From positions 1,862,001 to 1,926,000 of the forward strand of contig NC_087438.1 in the NCBI RefSeq assembly GCF_036321535.1: a DNA stretch of 64,000 nucleotides, read 5' to 3'. This document shows positions 61,551 to 64,000 of the stretch, one piece after another. This stretch comes from Camelus dromedarius. Taxonomy: Eukaryota. Position numbers and translations under genes: made by a program. A model generated the notes under the pieces. The model ran no database searches. It was given only the letters and a program-made list of their open reading frames with translations, and was not told where the DNA came from. Every line of letters begins with the position of its first letter. The first letter of the stretch is position 1.

Positions 61551-62124
61551 TGTGTCAGTCAGGCTGCTCGAGGGAAACGGAACCTGCAAATATAAACATA
61601 GATATAGAAACAGATACAGATACAAGTGTGGATACAGATGGTACAGGTATAGATGCAGGCTTAGGTCAGATTTAGATGCAGGTACAGATGCAGATGATGC
61701 AGATGCAGGTACAGATGCAGATGATGCAGATACAGATGCAGATACAGATGCAGATGATGCAGATGAAGATGCAGATGCAGGTGTAAAAACTCATTACAGG
61801 GAACTAGATCATAAAATCCTGGGGCCTGAAAAGCTCACAATCCGCCTTTCCAGCCCGCAGACCCGGGGGGCGGACGGTGTAGTTCCCGTCCTAAATCCGA
61901 AGGCAGGTGTCCCAGACGGAAGTCAGGCAGAGAGCAAACTCCACCCTCCTCGGCCTTTGTGTCCAACTCGGGTCCTTAAGGGACGGGGTGATGACCCCAC
62001 CCCCCGACCCTGGGAAGGTGACCTGCTTCACTCAGTCACCAGATCAAGTGTCATCCCATCTGGAAACCCTCACAGAGATACTGTTGGATTGAATATCTTA
62101 GCATCCGTGGCCCTGGCAATCACA
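61551..62124 (-). mobile_element. ERVL solo LTR (MLT2B/D-like)
   Basis: 'tgtgtcagtcagg...gggaaacggaacc', 'gtcaggcagagagcaaactc' and 'cctgcttcactcagtcacc...ggaaaccctcacaga', ending in ...aatcaca. Confidence 0.85.
61590..61782. repeat. Degenerate hexamer repeat (GATATA/GATACA/GATGCA) inside MLT2
   Basis: Visible directly. It produces the DADDAD segment of ORF 61336..62196. Confidence 0.9.
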
Positions 62125-64000
62125 GCTTCGGAAGATCGATTTTTGAAATCACACGCCCTCCCCAGGTGTCAATACAAGGGACTTTCCCCTCCATAAAACT
62201 GGACATCGATGGACGTCTGGTCCTTCCTCTGGGGTTTTTGCAACTGCGTCCTGGTGTCAGGCCTCCCTTCTGTAATTTCATACGCGCAGGTGGCTGGGTG
62301 ATAGAAGTTCTCAGGGACACAGGAATGCACCTGCAGGCAGCGTGCCTGTTGGTCCACAGGTGACTCCAAGAACATGACCACACCGTGTTGCTAGAAGACA
62401 GAGCTGCATGGGCACATGGCCGGGGTCACTGGTTTTCCACTGATAGACATCACTGGACCTGCCAGTCCCTGAGAGGGAGTTGCCCACAGGGAGAGGATGG
62501 GTCATGTGGCCATGTCCACGGGGAGGGCTGCACAGAGTGGTCCGTGGACATGGCCTGGGAGGCCTGAGATGTACCATGGACTGAGCCATTCTGGTTGGAA
62601 CTCTGTAGGCATCAGTGTCAATTATCGCCCCTGTGATCTGGAGTACAGACAGGAAATGCCACTCAAAGTGGTGAACTCGGGGCGCAGTCCCGCCCGCCTT
62701 GTCATTTGTGTCTTCTTTGTTGGATCATCCATGAAAAATAGAAACCTGGGGTGAAACTAGATTACAAAGCCCCCTCACCCTAGGGCACCCCCCGGGCTCC
62801 CCCGCCTGGCTCCCCCGAGCCTCCACGGCGCTCGTGGGCATCACCAGTCTCTAAGAGAGGCGCCGAGCGCTGCGTCCCCCGGGTTACTTGATGAGCGGAC
62901 GTCCTCACCGAGCGTCTGGGGTCCGTGGGACCAGCGCTCTGGAAACAGACTTTGAGACGCCCAGATCTGCTTTAAGGGTTCTCTGTGTGAAGGGGCTGCT
63001 TCGGTTGCTACGTGAGAACTGTTTTCTTAACGACAAAGTACAGCTTTCACTCTGAAACGCCGGCTCTCTGTGCTTCCGTCCCCCGGCTGACTACGCAGGA
63101 ATCCGGGCCTCCTCGAGGAAAACTCTAAGACCAGTGGTCGATTTCTTCCGGGAGGCATGAGAGGGACGTGATGTGTCACTGCTGGGACCCAGAAGGTGGT
63201 CAGGGTCCGTCTGTGTCCGCCCACAAATCACTTTTTCCCTCCTCGGGGGGTGGGGAGGGGGGTCCTATTCTGGCGCGGGGAGGGCGCTCCGGCCAGGAGT
63301 CCCGGGTTACAGACCACAGAGGCTTCAAAGAATAGGCTGCGACCGGGGGTGAGTGGGCAGGGGGCATTTTGAAATGTGCTTCTTTAACCCAAAGGGGCTG
63401 GAGTCCAGCACCCCCTGTTCCCATGCAAAACTCCAGGCTGTTCTTCCAAAACCAGGAACCCTCCCAGTGAGAAGTTCTGATGGTATCTGAACCCAGCCCC
63501 CTAACCCAGCCCCAGCTACCCCTTGACTATCCCCCTAGGTGGCCAGGAGAGCCGCATTTAAAGGTCTGCAGACTGGTGTTTGTGGCCACATGTGCTGTGG
63601 AGACCCCAGGCGTTGCCATGACCCTCAGCCCTTGCCCGGAGTTGAGGAGGACCACCAGAGCCGGCTGTGCGGGACGGGGGTCCCCGCAGCAGGGTTCTGC
63701 AGGTGTGTGGGGCCTCCTCCAGCCCAAACCGGGCCCGTTAACAGAGTCTGCTCCCCACCCTGCCCCCAGCACCTGCATCTCATTCACGGACGCTTCCCTC
63801 CAAGGCTGGGGGGTGACGCTGAGTGAGGCGCCCTCCTCATCTGGCCCCTCACGTGGGGACGCCACGCTCTTCTCTGGGGCGCAAGGCTGGGCTCCCGTGT
63901 GGGGCTCTAGGTGGCGATAAGCCCTGGTCCTGGAAGAGTGTCCCCAAAGTGGCAGCCAGTGAGTCTCTGACATTGGACACAAGTCCTTATCTGTCAGGGC

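Noticed and set aside
61336..62196. Longest ORF (286 aa) with YRYR and DADDAD repeats
   Set aside because: It runs through an MLT2 LTR and a hexamer microsatellite, which explain the open frame and the low-complexity peptide.

Overview
This is mammalian nuclear DNA, most likely camelid (camel, alpaca or llama), inferred from two Vic-1-type tRNA-derived SINEs and cetartiodactyl-type L1 3' ends. I recognise no host protein-coding gene, RNA gene or CRISPR-type array. Nearly all ORFs in the track look like chance open frames in GC-rich DNA or decayed repeats, and the only recognisable protein sequence is a broken L1 ORF2. The window reads as a GC-rich intergenic or intronic region: LINE-1/L2, SINE, ERV/MaLR LTR and Tigger remnants, with AT-rich unique islands that carry developmental transcription-factor motifs (candidate enhancers). 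The most interesting observations are: (1) sharply bounded CpG-rich peaks formed inside ancient AT-rich L1/MIR copies by one-directional AT-to-GC change, one next to a 35-bp minisatellite, consistent with GC-biased gene conversion hotspots; (2) a 285-nt, frame-symmetric, stop-free candidate exon on the minus strand with strong splice signals and no recognisable homologue; (3) a MER41-like LTR retaining GAS (STAT) motifs. Repeat family names come from recalled consensus sequences, not a database search, and boundaries are approximate unless a target-site duplication (TSD) is given. I cannot support a claim of a new multi-gene system.
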